Below are positions 39,684 to 47,955 of a stretch of 64,000 nt of DNA, piece after piece. Source of the DNA: Acidimicrobiales bacterium. Its GTDB lineage: Bacteria; Actinomycetota; Acidimicrobiia; Acidimicrobiales; VFJN01. Each line of letters opens with the position of its first letter. Positions within the stretch are counted from its first letter, which is position 1. The stretch is from contig DATFRN010000113.1 of assembly GCA_035263165.1 (NCBI GenBank), positions 35,235-99,234 on the forward strand, given 5' to 3'. Made by a program: the position numbers and the translations under genes. The notes beneath the pieces were generated by a model. That model saw only the letters and a list, made by a program, of their open reading frames with translations. It did no database searches and had not been told where the DNA came from.

Positions 39684-40492
39684 GCCGCCGGGGTGAAGCC
39701 CCGCTTCTCGAGCAGCTTCTGGCCGTCGGGCGACAGCACGAACGCCACGAAGGCGTCCGCGGTGGCGGACTCCTTCGAGCCGCTCAGCGCCGCGATCGGG
39801 TACTTGGCGATGACGTTCTGGTCCGCGGGGATCTCGATGCCCTGGACCTGGTCGCCGCCGGCCAGCACGTCGGTGGTGTAGACGAGCCCGGCGTCGAGGT
39901 CCCCGCTCTGCACCTTGGTCAGCAGCGCCCGCACGTCGGCCTCCTCGGTGTCGGGCTTGGGGGTGACCCCCGCGTTCTCGAGCGCCTCCCGGCCGAACTC
40001 GCCACAGGGGACGTCCTCGGCGCACAGCCCGATGCGCAGGTTGTCGATCCCGAAGGCGTCCAGCCCGGTGACCTTGCCGGGGTTGCCCTTGGGCACGCCG
40101 ATCTCCAGCTTGTTGGTCACGAAGACCTTGTCGTCGCTGGCCTTGCCCGCGTCCTTCACCGGGTCCATGTTGGACTGGTTGGCCGAGGCGAACACGTCGG
40201 CGGGGGCGCCCTGGAGGATCTGCTCCTTCAGTGCCGACGAGCCGGCGAAGTTGAACGTCACCTCGGCGCCCGGGTTCTCCTTCTCGAACGCCTCCTTGAT
40301 GTCGCCGAAGGCGTCGGTGAGCGACGCGGCGGCGAACACGGTGATCGAGCCGTCCACCCCGGAGGCGGTGGTCTCGGTGGCGCCGGCGTTGCCCGACGTG
40401 TCGCTCTTGTCGTCGTCGCCGCCACACGCGGCCGCCAGCACGAGCATCCCGGCCAGGACGGCCAGCAGGCTCCGGCTCCAACCTCTGCGCAT
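39680..40492 (-). CDS. modA: Molybdate-binding lipoprotein
   Basis: Lipobox LAAACG. ModA-like VFAAASL...FNFAGS...LVYTTD. Confidence 0.85.
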   Translation of the reverse strand: MRRGWSRSLLAVLAGMLVLAAACGGDDDKSDTSGNAGATETTASGVDGSITVFAAASLTDAFGDIKEAFEKENPGAEVTFNFAGSSALKEQILQGAPADVFASANQSNMDPVKDAGKASDDKVFVTNKLEIGVPKGNPGKVTGLDAFGIDNLRIGLCAEDVPCGEFGREALENAGVTPKPDTEEADVRALLTKVQSGDLDAGLVYTTDVLAGGDQVQGIEIPADQNVIAKYPIAALSGSKESATADAFVAFVLSPDGQKLLEKRGFTPAA

Positions 40493-40511
40493 GTTCCCCC
40501 CTCGGGTGTCT

Positions 40512-40530
40512 CTAGTGACAGTGACACTAG
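40512..40530. promoter_or_regulatory. Inverted repeat CTAGTG-N7-CACTAG (contains direct GTGACA GTGACA) in the 41-nt modA/padR divergent spacer
   Basis: Read directly in the DNA: ctagtgacagtgacactag. The operator role (PadR or a molybdate regulator) is inferred. Confidence 0.35.
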
Positions 40531-40533
40531 TGG

Positions 40534-41085
40534 GTGTCGATGGAACACTCGTCCCCGATGGATCGGCGCCCGACCCTGTCGCTCAACGAGTGGGCGGTGC
40601 TGGCCTGTCTCGTCGAGCGGGCCCGCCACGGGTACGACATCGCCGCCGCCCTGGCGCCCGACGCGGAGCTGGGCGCGGTGTGGCGGGTGTCCCGGCCCCT
40701 CGTCTACCGGGCGCTCGACCGGCTGGAGGCGCTCGGCCTCGTCGAGGCGCGCCACGAGGAGGCGGGCGACGGCGGACCGCCCCGGCGGGTGTACGGGCCC
40801 CTCCGCCCGGGCCGCGAGCGGCTGGCCCGCTGGCTGCGCGAGCCCGTGGAGCATCTGCGGGACGTCCGGGGCGAGCTGCTGCTCAAGCTCGTCGTCGCCG
40901 GGCGGCTCGGCCGGGACGTGGGCCCGCTGGTGGCCGCGCAGCGGGCCCGGTTCGAGGGGCCGCTGGCGGCGCTGGCGGCGGCGCCCCCGCCGGGGGACGC
41001 CGTCGCCCTGTGGCGCCATCGCTCGGGCGAGGCGGTGGCCGCCTTCCTCGACGACATCGCCCCTTCCGAGCCCGGCACGGGGTGA
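40534..41085 (+). CDS. PadR-family transcriptional regulator
   Basis: Winged-helix HGYDIAAAL...VSRPLVYRALDRLEALGLVE...RRVY, typical of PadR. Confidence 0.8.
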   Translation: MSMEHSSPMDRRPTLSLNEWAVLACLVERARHGYDIAAALAPDAELGAVWRVSRPLVYRALDRLEALGLVEARHEEAGDGGPPRRVYGPLRPGRERLARWLREPVEHLRDVRGELLLKLVVAGRLGRDVGPLVAAQRARFEGPLAALAAAPPPGDAVALWRHRSGEAVAAFLDDIAPSEPGTG

Positions 41086-41493
41086 TCAGCCGACGTCGAA
41101 CTCCTCGGTGTGGGCCACCAGCGCGTAGATCACGATGATGTTGATGCCGAGGACGACCAGCGCCCAGATGGGCGCCACGAAGATCATCAGCACCGAGAGC
41201 GACGCGGCGATGAAGGCCCACAGCAGGCCCAGCATCTGGCCGATCGGGTTGCGGCTGTAGATCAGCCACGCGGTCACGAGCTGCACGATGCCGAGGATCA
41301 GCCAGAACCAGCCCCAGGCCGAGATGTCGATGCCGTACAGCACCTTGCTGACGGCCTCGGTCTGGTCGTCCTTCGAGATCGCGGCGATGCCGCTCAGGAT
41401 GTTGTAGATCGACACGACGCCTGCGATCACCGCGGCGAACGTGACCCAGCCGCTCCTGATCTGCATCGGCGGGCGTCCACTCGTACTGTCCAT
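41086..41493 (-). CDS. Small 4-TM membrane protein (resembles the actinobacterial DUF7144-type family, from memory)
   Basis: 135 aa with four hydrophobic helices (WVTFAAVIAGVVSIYNIL..., WGWFWLILGIV...). GC is somewhat lower than in the neighbouring genes. Confidence 0.5.
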   Translation of the reverse strand: MDSTSGRPPMQIRSGWVTFAAVIAGVVSIYNILSGIAAISKDDQTEAVSKVLYGIDISAWGWFWLILGIVQLVTAWLIYSRNPIGQMLGLLWAFIAASLSVLMIFVAPIWALVVLGINIIVIYALVAHTEEFDVG

Positions 41494-41563
41494 TTGCCAC
41501 CTCCGGGTCGAGCGCTAGGGCAGCAGCTCAACCGGATGGTCAGGGGGCCGTGCCCCCCATGCA

Positions 41564-42583
41564 TCACCCAGCAGGGGTGAGGCCGTCGCTCTCGTCCGCG
41601 TGCGGGGCCGAGGCGTCGGCGGCGTGCTCGTCGCCCTGGCCCTGGTCGTGATCGCCGTCGTCGCAGCCCGCCGTGCCGGGGTCGGCGGGCGGCGGCTGCT
41701 CGGGCTCGGGGTCGACCACCGGGGGATCGGCGGGCTGCTCGGGCTCGGGGTCGACCGTGGCGGTGTCGGTGGGCGGTTGCACGGGCGTAGGGTCGACCGT
41801 CGTGGTGTCGGCCGGCGCGGGGTCGACCGGCGCGGGGTCGGCCGGCGTGGTGTCGGCCGGCGCGGGGTCGACCGTCGTGGTGTCGACCGGCGCGGGGTCG
41901 ACCACCGGGTCGGGCGGCGGCGGCTCGGTCACCGGTGGCGGGTCGGTGACGACCGGATCGGCCGGCGGCGCCTCGGCCTCGGGGACGGCGTCGGTGGCCG
42001 GTGTCACGGCGGTGGGGGCGGCGTCCTCCACCAGTGCGGCGAGCGGCTCGGCCGGCGTCACCGGCTCGCGGGGGATGACCAGCTCGGGGGCCGTCACGTG
42101 GTGGGGCGGCACCGACGACGTCGGCGGGGCCGTCGCGGTCTCGGCCGGGGCGACCTTCGGGGCGATGTGCTGGTTGATCATCGGCACGATCTGGTGCGTC
42201 ACCACCGGCATGACGACGGTGGAGGCGGCGATGGCGACGATGCCGGTGGTGGCCGCGGCGGCGGTGGCGATGCCGACCATGCTGGCGGTGGTGGCGGCGG
42301 CGGCCTTCATGGCCAGGATGCGGCCCAGGGTGCGCGCCCGGGGCGAGTGGGGCAGCCGGCTGATCGACTTGCCCATCCGCACCTTGTGCATGGTGTCGAC
42401 GACCAGAGGCTCGTCCAGCAGCTCGTGGGTCTCGGCCGGGCCCCGGGCCCGGTGGATCAGCGAGCGCAGGTCCCGGTACCACGGCGGCGCGTCGGGGTCG
42501 CGGTGGGTGCCGTCCCACAGCCCGTCGGCCGCCTGGTGGTCGAACTGGGTCATGTCGACCCACATCTCGTCGCGGGCACTCAT
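41564..42583 (-). CDS. Putative membrane anti-sigma factor with Pro/Thr/Asp/Val-rich repetitive extracytoplasmic tail
   Basis: Its ATG overlaps the ECF sigma stop (ATGA). One TM segment (AAATTASMVGIATAAAATTGIVAIAASTVV). The tail repeats units such as DPAPVD and TTTVDPAP. No ZAS HxxxCxxC motif. Confidence 0.5.
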   Translation of the reverse strand: MSARDEMWVDMTQFDHQAADGLWDGTHRDPDAPPWYRDLRSLIHRARGPAETHELLDEPLVVDTMHKVRMGKSISRLPHSPRARTLGRILAMKAAAATTASMVGIATAAAATTGIVAIAASTVVMPVVTHQIVPMINQHIAPKVAPAETATAPPTSSVPPHHVTAPELVIPREPVTPAEPLAALVEDAAPTAVTPATDAVPEAEAPPADPVVTDPPPVTEPPPPDPVVDPAPVDTTTVDPAPADTTPADPAPVDPAPADTTTVDPTPVQPPTDTATVDPEPEQPADPPVVDPEPEQPPPADPGTAGCDDGDHDQGQGDEHAADASAPHADESDGLTPAG

Positions 42584-43149
42584 CGGGTCACCGCGTCCTC
42601 GCCGAAGTGGGCGGCCAGCCGGCGCAGGGCCCGGTGGCACAGGACCCGGACGGTCCCCGGCTCGCGATCCATGATGCGGGCGGTCTCGGCCACCGACAGG
42701 CCGCCGACCACCCGCAGGAGGACGGCCTCGGCCTGGTCGGGGGTGAGCTCGGCCACCAGCGTCTCGACGGCGCCCTGGGCGGTCAGGCGCTCGAGCACCT
42801 CGCCCGCGGGGTCGCCGCCCAGGCCCCACTCGTCGGCCGTGTCGAGGGTCTCGCTGGCGACGACGTCGGTGCGCTGGCGGACGGTGCGGCGGCGGTGGTC
42901 GATCAGCCGGCGGCGGGCGATGGTGAACAGCCAGCCCCGGAAGCCGGCCTCGTCGCCGTCGAACTGGTCGAGGCCGCGGGCGACGGCGATCCACACCTCG
43001 CCGGCCAGGTCGTCGGCCACCCGGGGCTCCTGGGCCCGCAGGAAGCGGAGGAGGGGCGGCTGGTAGGCGCGGAAAAGCTCGGTGAGCGCCCAGTGCTCAC
43101 CCTTGCCCGCCGCAGCGACGACATCCGGTAGATCGGCATCGCGGATCAT
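42580..43149 (-). CDS. ECF-type RNA polymerase sigma-70 family factor
   Basis: Region 2 (DLAGEVWIAVARGLDQFDGDEAGFRGWLFTIARRRLIDHRR) and region 4 (LTPDQAEAVLLRVVGGLSVAETARIM). Confidence 0.85.
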   Translation of the reverse strand: MIRDADLPDVVAAAGKGEHWALTELFRAYQPPLLRFLRAQEPRVADDLAGEVWIAVARGLDQFDGDEAGFRGWLFTIARRRLIDHRRRTVRQRTDVVASETLDTADEWGLGGDPAGEVLERLTAQGAVETLVAELTPDQAEAVLLRVVGGLSVAETARIMDREPGTVRVLCHRALRRLAAHFGEDAVTR

Positions 43150-43200
43150 CTGCCCGCCGAGAGGCTAGGCGATGTGACACTGGCCGTGCCACTCTGCGTG

Positions 43201-43236
43201 AAAACGCAAGGACCGCCGGCGCGAGGCCGGCGGTCC
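43201..43236 (-). terminator. Intrinsic terminator downstream of cspA
   Basis: Perfect 11-bp stem GGACCGCCGGC / GCCGGCGGTCC with a 5-nt loop. On the minus strand it is followed by UUGCGUUUU. Confidence 0.6.
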
Positions 43237-43260
43237 CGTGGGCGCCTCGATCGGCGCGGA

Positions 43261-43461
43261 TCAGATCACTCGAACGTTCTGGGCCTCGTCGCCCTTCCGG
43301 CCCGGGCCGATGTCGAACTCGACCGTCTGCCCCTCGTTCAGCGTCTTGTACCCGTCCCCCTGGATGTTGGAGAAGTGGACGAAGACGTCGTTTCCGTCTT
43401 CACGCGAGATGAAGCCGTAGCCCTTCTCGGCGTTGAAGAACTTCACAGTTCCAGTAGCCAA
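43261..43461 (-). CDS. cspA: Cold-shock protein (CspA family)
   Basis: 66 aa. [15 protein letters not shown] (RNP1) and DVFVHFS (RNP2). Confidence 0.95.
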   Translation of the reverse strand: MATGTVKFFNAEKGYGFISREDGNDVFVHFSNIQGDGYKTLNEGQTVEFDIGPGRKGDEAQNVRVI

Positions 43462-43534
43462 TGCTCTTCTCTTTTCGTGCCGAGCCGATCCGCGCGACCA
43501 ACTCGCCGCTCAATGTAGCGGCCCGACCACACCA

Positions 43535-43759
43535 CTATTTGTAGCGATAGGTGATCCGTCCGCGGTTGAGGTCGTAGGCGGACACCTCGACCTGCACGCG
43601 GTCCCCCGGCAGGATGCGGATCCGGTTCTTGCGCATCTTCCCGCTCAGGTGGCCCAGCACGGTGTGGCCGTTGTCGAGCGCGATGCGGAAGTGGCCCCCC
43701 TTGAGGGCTTCCTCTGTGCGTCCTTCAAGGATGAAGGCGTCGTCTTTGATCTTCGCCAA
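43535..43759 (-). CDS. infA: Translation initiation factor IF-1
   Basis: [63 protein letters not shown]. Probable TTG start at 43759, with GAAGGA 9 nt upstream. Confidence 0.85.
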   Translation of the reverse strand: MAKIKDDAFILEGRTEEALKGGHFRIALDNGHTVLGHLSGKMRKNRIRILPGDRVQVEVSAYDLNRGRITYRYK

Positions 43760-43853
43760 TAGGTGGTCCTTCGTTCCTAGGCAGCCTGTCCATGCTACGG
43801 AACGGCGGGCCGGATGCCACGCATGGGCGCGCGCGTGCACGCGAATCGTCACC

Positions 43854-45176
43854 TCAGCGGGTCACGCCGAGGGGGTGGTAGGCGTGGCCGGGGAAGACCG
43901 ACCCCAGCGTGGCGGTCCCGAGGCCCAGGCGCCGCACCACCAGCTCGCCCAGGACGTCGCGGAAGTCGTTCGCGCCCGGCACGTCGCCCTGCACGAGCTG
44001 GCCGGGGGCGAGCCCGGGCCAGGCGCCGTGGACGGTGCCGCCGGCCAGGCCGCCGCCCATGAGCAGCACGGTCGAGCCGTGGCCGTGGTCGGCGCCGGCG
44101 TTGCCGTTCTGGGCCACCCGCCGGCCGAACTCGGTCATGCCGACCAGCGTGACGTCGCCCAGCCGGTCGCCGAGGTCGGCGGCGAACGCCCCCAGGTTCT
44201 GGCCGAGGGCGGTGAGGTTGTCCTTCATGAACCCGCCGTCGATCGTGCCGATGTGGGTGTGCATGTCCCAGCCGCCGAGGTCGATGCACGCCACCCGCAC
44301 CCCGAGGTCGGACTTCACCAGCCGGGCGATCTGGCTGAGGCCGACGCCGAGGTCGCCGTCGGGGTAGGCCCCCGCCGGCTGGTACGGGACGGCGCCCAGC
44401 ACGGCGGCGATGTCCATGCTCGCCAGGCCGCTGGCCACCTCGCCGGTGACGGGGCCGTCGACGCCCGTGTAGAGGGCCTTCAGCGCGTCGCGGGTGCGGC
44501 CCCGGACGCTGTCGGGGTCGCGCAGCCGCAGGTCGTCGATGCGGCGCAGGGCCAGCGGGGCCTGGTCGCCGGCCAGCGAGCGAGGCAGCGTGGGCCCGGA
44601 GCCCAGCGCCCGGAACGTCGTGCCCGGCCCCATGCCGTCGAGCACCCGGTCGAGCCAGCCCTCGAGGGTGCCGGTGGACGATCCGCCCCGCTCCAGGCAG
44701 TCCTGGGCCTGGAAGTGGCTGCGGGACAGGTCGGGGGTCGAGGTGGCGGGGACGGCGGTGAACTGGCCCTTCTTCCACAGCTCGTGGAGTGGGCCCAGGG
44801 CCGGGTGGAGGCCGAAGCCCCGGTCGAGCGGCAGCAGCTCGCCGGCCGGCACCGCGATGTCGGGCCGGACCTGGGCCAGGTGCGGGTCGCCTGCCGGCAC
44901 CACGACCGACAGGCCGTCCATGCCGCCCCGCAGGAACAGCACGACCAGGGTGCCGCCGCCGGGAGCGCCGAACGAGGCCCGGGTGGTGACGAGCTGGGTG
45001 CCGAGCGCGGCCACCCCGGCCATGCCCGCCCCGGCCAGGACCTGGCGGCGGGTGAAGCCACGGGACCAGGCGCCGCGCCGCCGCTCGCGGTCGGACGTGA
45101 CCCGGTCGGCCAGGGCGTGCAGCACCCGCAGCGGCGGCTGTCGCGTGTCTTCCGTCTCTCGCGTGTCTCGTGTCAT
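43854..45176 (-). CDS. DUF1501 (sulfatase-fold) protein with twin-arginine signal
   Basis: Start at MTRDTRE. Tat motif [14 protein letters not shown]1501-type [10 protein letters not shown] ... GGWDMH ... TEFGR ... DHGHG. The 980-aa track ORF is a frame artefact upstream of this start. Confidence 0.8.
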   Translation of the reverse strand: MTRDTRETEDTRQPPLRVLHALADRVTSDRERRRGAWSRGFTRRQVLAGAGMAGVAALGTQLVTTRASFGAPGGGTLVVLFLRGGMDGLSVVVPAGDPHLAQVRPDIAVPAGELLPLDRGFGLHPALGPLHELWKKGQFTAVPATSTPDLSRSHFQAQDCLERGGSSTGTLEGWLDRVLDGMGPGTTFRALGSGPTLPRSLAGDQAPLALRRIDDLRLRDPDSVRGRTRDALKALYTGVDGPVTGEVASGLASMDIAAVLGAVPYQPAGAYPDGDLGVGLSQIARLVKSDLGVRVACIDLGGWDMHTHIGTIDGGFMKDNLTALGQNLGAFAADLGDRLGDVTLVGMTEFGRRVAQNGNAGADHGHGSTVLLMGGGLAGGTVHGAWPGLAPGQLVQGDVPGANDFRDVLGELVVRRLGLGTATLGSVFPGHAYHPLGVTR

Positions 45177-46867
45177 CGCAGCGTGAAGTAGGGGGAGTCG
45201 AGGACGAGGGCGACCAGGTCGGCGGCGTCGTCGCCGACGGCGGGCCCGCCCACGAAGCGGACGAGGGCGTCGCGGTGGGCCGGCCGGAAGGCCTGGAGGC
45301 ACAGCGACCGGCACAGCCCGTCGACCTGGGCGGCCACGCCGGCGCCGGCCGCCCCGCCGGCGCCGGCCACCCGCTGGGCGGCGGGTGCCACGGTGAGCCC
45401 CGGGACGCCGCCGCTGGCCAGGGTCCGGTGGACGTTCCAGAGCCCGACGACCGAGCCGGCCGAGCGCCAGGCGGCGTGGACGTCGGGGTAGCCGTTGGGG
45501 GCCCGCCAGGCCAGCGGCCGGTGGCCGAGGTCGTTCGCCCTGTTGAGCAGAGTGTCCATGCCGGCCGCGTTGTCGGGGCCGGGGCGGACGCCGAGGGCCC
45601 GGGCGGAGGCGACCAGGTTCTCGAGCGGGCGCCGCACCTTCTGGCCGACGGAGGCCCAGAACTCGCCCGACCGGAACATGAGCCGGAGCACCGGCACGAT
45701 CTGGGTCCCGCCGTCGAGGTAGGCCTTGGCCAGCCGGTCGACCAGCGCCGGGGGCGGGGAGTCGGCCACGAACCGCACGGCCAGCTTGCGGGCGATGGCG
45801 CGGGCGGTGGCGGGCAGGCCGGCCAGGTGGCGCAGGTAGGCGTCCCCGACGGCCAGGCCGCCGGCGCCGGTGGCGTTGGCGCTGGTGAAGTCGAGGACCT
45901 TGACCGGGCCGGTCCAGTGGCGGTCGGGGTCGTAGCGGAAGGTGCCGGCGCCGGGGCTGCCGTCGCCCACGACGCTGCGCCCGGTCAGGATGTAGGCGCT
46001 GTTGCGGACGTCCTTCTCCGTGTAGCCGCCGTCGATGCCCACCGTGTGCAGCTCGAGCAGCTCGCGGCCGTAGTTCTCGTTGACCGAGCCGCGGTCGGAC
46101 AGGTCGGCGCTGAGGTAGCGGAGCATCGCCGGGTGGCGGCCGGCGGCCAGCAGCATGTCGGTGAAGGAGCCGAGGGCGTGGCGGCGGATGACGTCGCGGT
46201 GGTAGGCGGGGCCGACGTTCCAGCTTCCCGGGCCCGGCTGGGGGACGTTGAGGTGGTTGGCCCAGAAGTCGACCATGACCTCGTAGAGCTGGCGGTCGGA
46301 CCAGACCATCCGGGCCAGCGTGTAGCGGCCGTAGTCGGTCATGGCGTCCCAGTCGCCCGGCCGGACCCGGGCGTTGACGGTGGGGAGGTCGGCGGTCGCC
46401 AGGGGGAAGGCCGCCGTCACGCCGTCGGCGACCGGGTCGGCGATCGTGTCGGGGGCCAGCTGGGTGGCGATCCAGGCGTCGATGCCCCGGGCCCGCACGT
46501 CGGCCGCCATCGCCGGGGTGGGCCCGATGGTGGCCCGGCGCAGCAGGTGGAGGACCGGGTCGCCGTTGGCCAGCACGCCGGGGACCGCCGGCTTGGTGGC
46601 GGCGGCCGCGGCGGAGGCCGTGGGGTAGACGAGGACCGGGGCCGGCGCCGACTTGACCGCCGCCTGGCCGCCGGCGGCGGCGTAGCTGGCGTCGCGGTTG
46701 GCGAAGGCCCCGGCGTCGGCGGGGCGGGCGGGCGCCGCCGAGGTCAGGTCGACCTGACGGACCTCGGGGCCGCCGCTCCCCAGGAGGCGGCTGCATGCGG
46801 CCGCCGCGGCGGCCCCGGCGGCAGCCCCGGCCACCAGGACGCTGCGGCGGTTGACGCGATCGTGCAT
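45173..46867 (-). CDS. DUF1800 protein (usual partner of DUF1501)
   Basis: 564 aa. N-terminal NRRSVLVAGAAAGAAAAAAC. 4-nt overlap with the DUF1501 gene. Family assigned from recollection of the conserved pairing and of motifs such as NENYGRELLELHT. Confidence 0.7.
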   Translation of the reverse strand: MHDRVNRRSVLVAGAAAGAAAAAACSRLLGSGGPEVRQVDLTSAAPARPADAGAFANRDASYAAAGGQAAVKSAPAPVLVYPTASAAAAATKPAVPGVLANGDPVLHLLRRATIGPTPAMAADVRARGIDAWIATQLAPDTIADPVADGVTAAFPLATADLPTVNARVRPGDWDAMTDYGRYTLARMVWSDRQLYEVMVDFWANHLNVPQPGPGSWNVGPAYHRDVIRRHALGSFTDMLLAAGRHPAMLRYLSADLSDRGSVNENYGRELLELHTVGIDGGYTEKDVRNSAYILTGRSVVGDGSPGAGTFRYDPDRHWTGPVKVLDFTSANATGAGGLAVGDAYLRHLAGLPATARAIARKLAVRFVADSPPPALVDRLAKAYLDGGTQIVPVLRLMFRSGEFWASVGQKVRRPLENLVASARALGVRPGPDNAAGMDTLLNRANDLGHRPLAWRAPNGYPDVHAAWRSAGSVVGLWNVHRTLASGGVPGLTVAPAAQRVAGAGGAAGAGVAAQVDGLCRSLCLQAFRPAHRDALVRFVGGPAVGDDAADLVALVLDSPYFTLR

Positions 46868-46956
46868 CGTCGTGACTTCCCCAGCACCTTGCGAACCGCC
46901 CGCCGGGAACTATAGACCGCTATTGGCCCTCACGTCGGTAGTGGGCGTCGTCCCAC

Positions 46957-47913
46957 GTGGGGCGGGGTGGACGCCCTAGCGTGACCCCCGTGGCCGGTGA
47001 CCGTGCAGCCGTTCGTGACGCCCCGGGATGGTTCCGGCGGGCCCTCGCCGAGCCGTACGTGGACGAGGAGGTGGCGGTCGAGGGGGCGACCGTGCACTAC
47101 CTGGCGTGGGGCGCAGCCGGGCGGCCGGGCCTGGTGTTCGTCCACGGCGGCGGGGCCCACGCCCACTGGTGGACGCACGTGGCGGCGACGTTCGCCGGCG
47201 AGTTCCGGGTGTTGGCGCTCGACCTGTCGGGCCATGGCGACAGCGACCACCGGGACGAGTACACGCTGGCCCGCTGGACCGCCGAGGTCATGGCCGTGGC
47301 CGACGCCGGCGGGATCGCCGGGCCGCCGGTGGTGGTGGGCCACAGCATGGGCGGCTTCGTCACCATCGCCACCGCCGCCCTGCACTCGGACCGCCTGGCC
47401 GGGACGGTGGTGTGCGACTCACCGGTGACGGGCGAGGACCCCGAGGTCAGCGCCGCCCGCCTGGGCAGCGCCTTCGGCGCCCCCCGCACCTACCCGAGCC
47501 TCGACGATGCCCTCGGCCACTTCCGCACGGTCCCGCCGCAGGCGCACTACCTGGACTATGTGGTGGACAACGTGGCCAGGCACTCGGTCCGCCGGGTGGA
47601 CGGCGGCTGGCGCTGGAAGTTCGACCGCCAGGTCTTCGCCCAGTTCGGCGGCACGATGCGCAGGGTGGCGAAGCCGTACCTGGCGGACGTCCGCTGCCGC
47701 CTGGCGCTGCTCCGCTCGGAGTACGGCCTGGTCACAGCCGACATCGGCGCGGACATGTACGAGATGCTGGGCCGGGTGACGCCGATCATCGAGATCCCCG
47801 AGGCCGGCCACCACGCCATGCTCGACCAGCCGCTGCTGCTGCTCACGGCGCTGCGCACCCTGCTGGCGGACTGGGCCCACTCGGAGCCCCACAAGCGGGT
47901 GGATGCTCGCTAG
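46957..47913 (+). CDS. Alpha/beta-fold hydrolase
   Basis: HGGG oxyanion region (LVFVHGGGAH), nucleophile elbow GHSMGG, and C-terminal AGHHAMLDQP. Confidence 0.8.
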   Translation: MGRGGRPSVTPVAGDRAAVRDAPGWFRRALAEPYVDEEVAVEGATVHYLAWGAAGRPGLVFVHGGGAHAHWWTHVAATFAGEFRVLALDLSGHGDSDHRDEYTLARWTAEVMAVADAGGIAGPPVVVGHSMGGFVTIATAALHSDRLAGTVVCDSPVTGEDPEVSAARLGSAFGAPRTYPSLDDALGHFRTVPPQAHYLDYVVDNVARHSVRRVDGGWRWKFDRQVFAQFGGTMRRVAKPYLADVRCRLALLRSEYGLVTADIGADMYEMLGRVTPIIEIPEAGHHAMLDQPLLLLTALRTLLADWAHSEPHKRVDAR

Positions 47914-47955
47914 CCGCAACGACAATGAATAGATGACGTCGCCCGACTCGCCCGG

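Noticed and set aside
40493-40533. A molybdenum-cofactor riboswitch upstream of modA.
   Set aside because: The leader is only 41 nt, far too short for the Moco RNA motif.
43854-46796. A 980-aa minus-strand ORF that would fuse the DUF1501 gene to a long N-terminal extension.
   Set aside because: Only the last 440 aa (from MTRDTRE, 45176) look like protein. The upstream part is Arg/Pro-rich and overlaps the well-supported DUF1800 gene in another frame.
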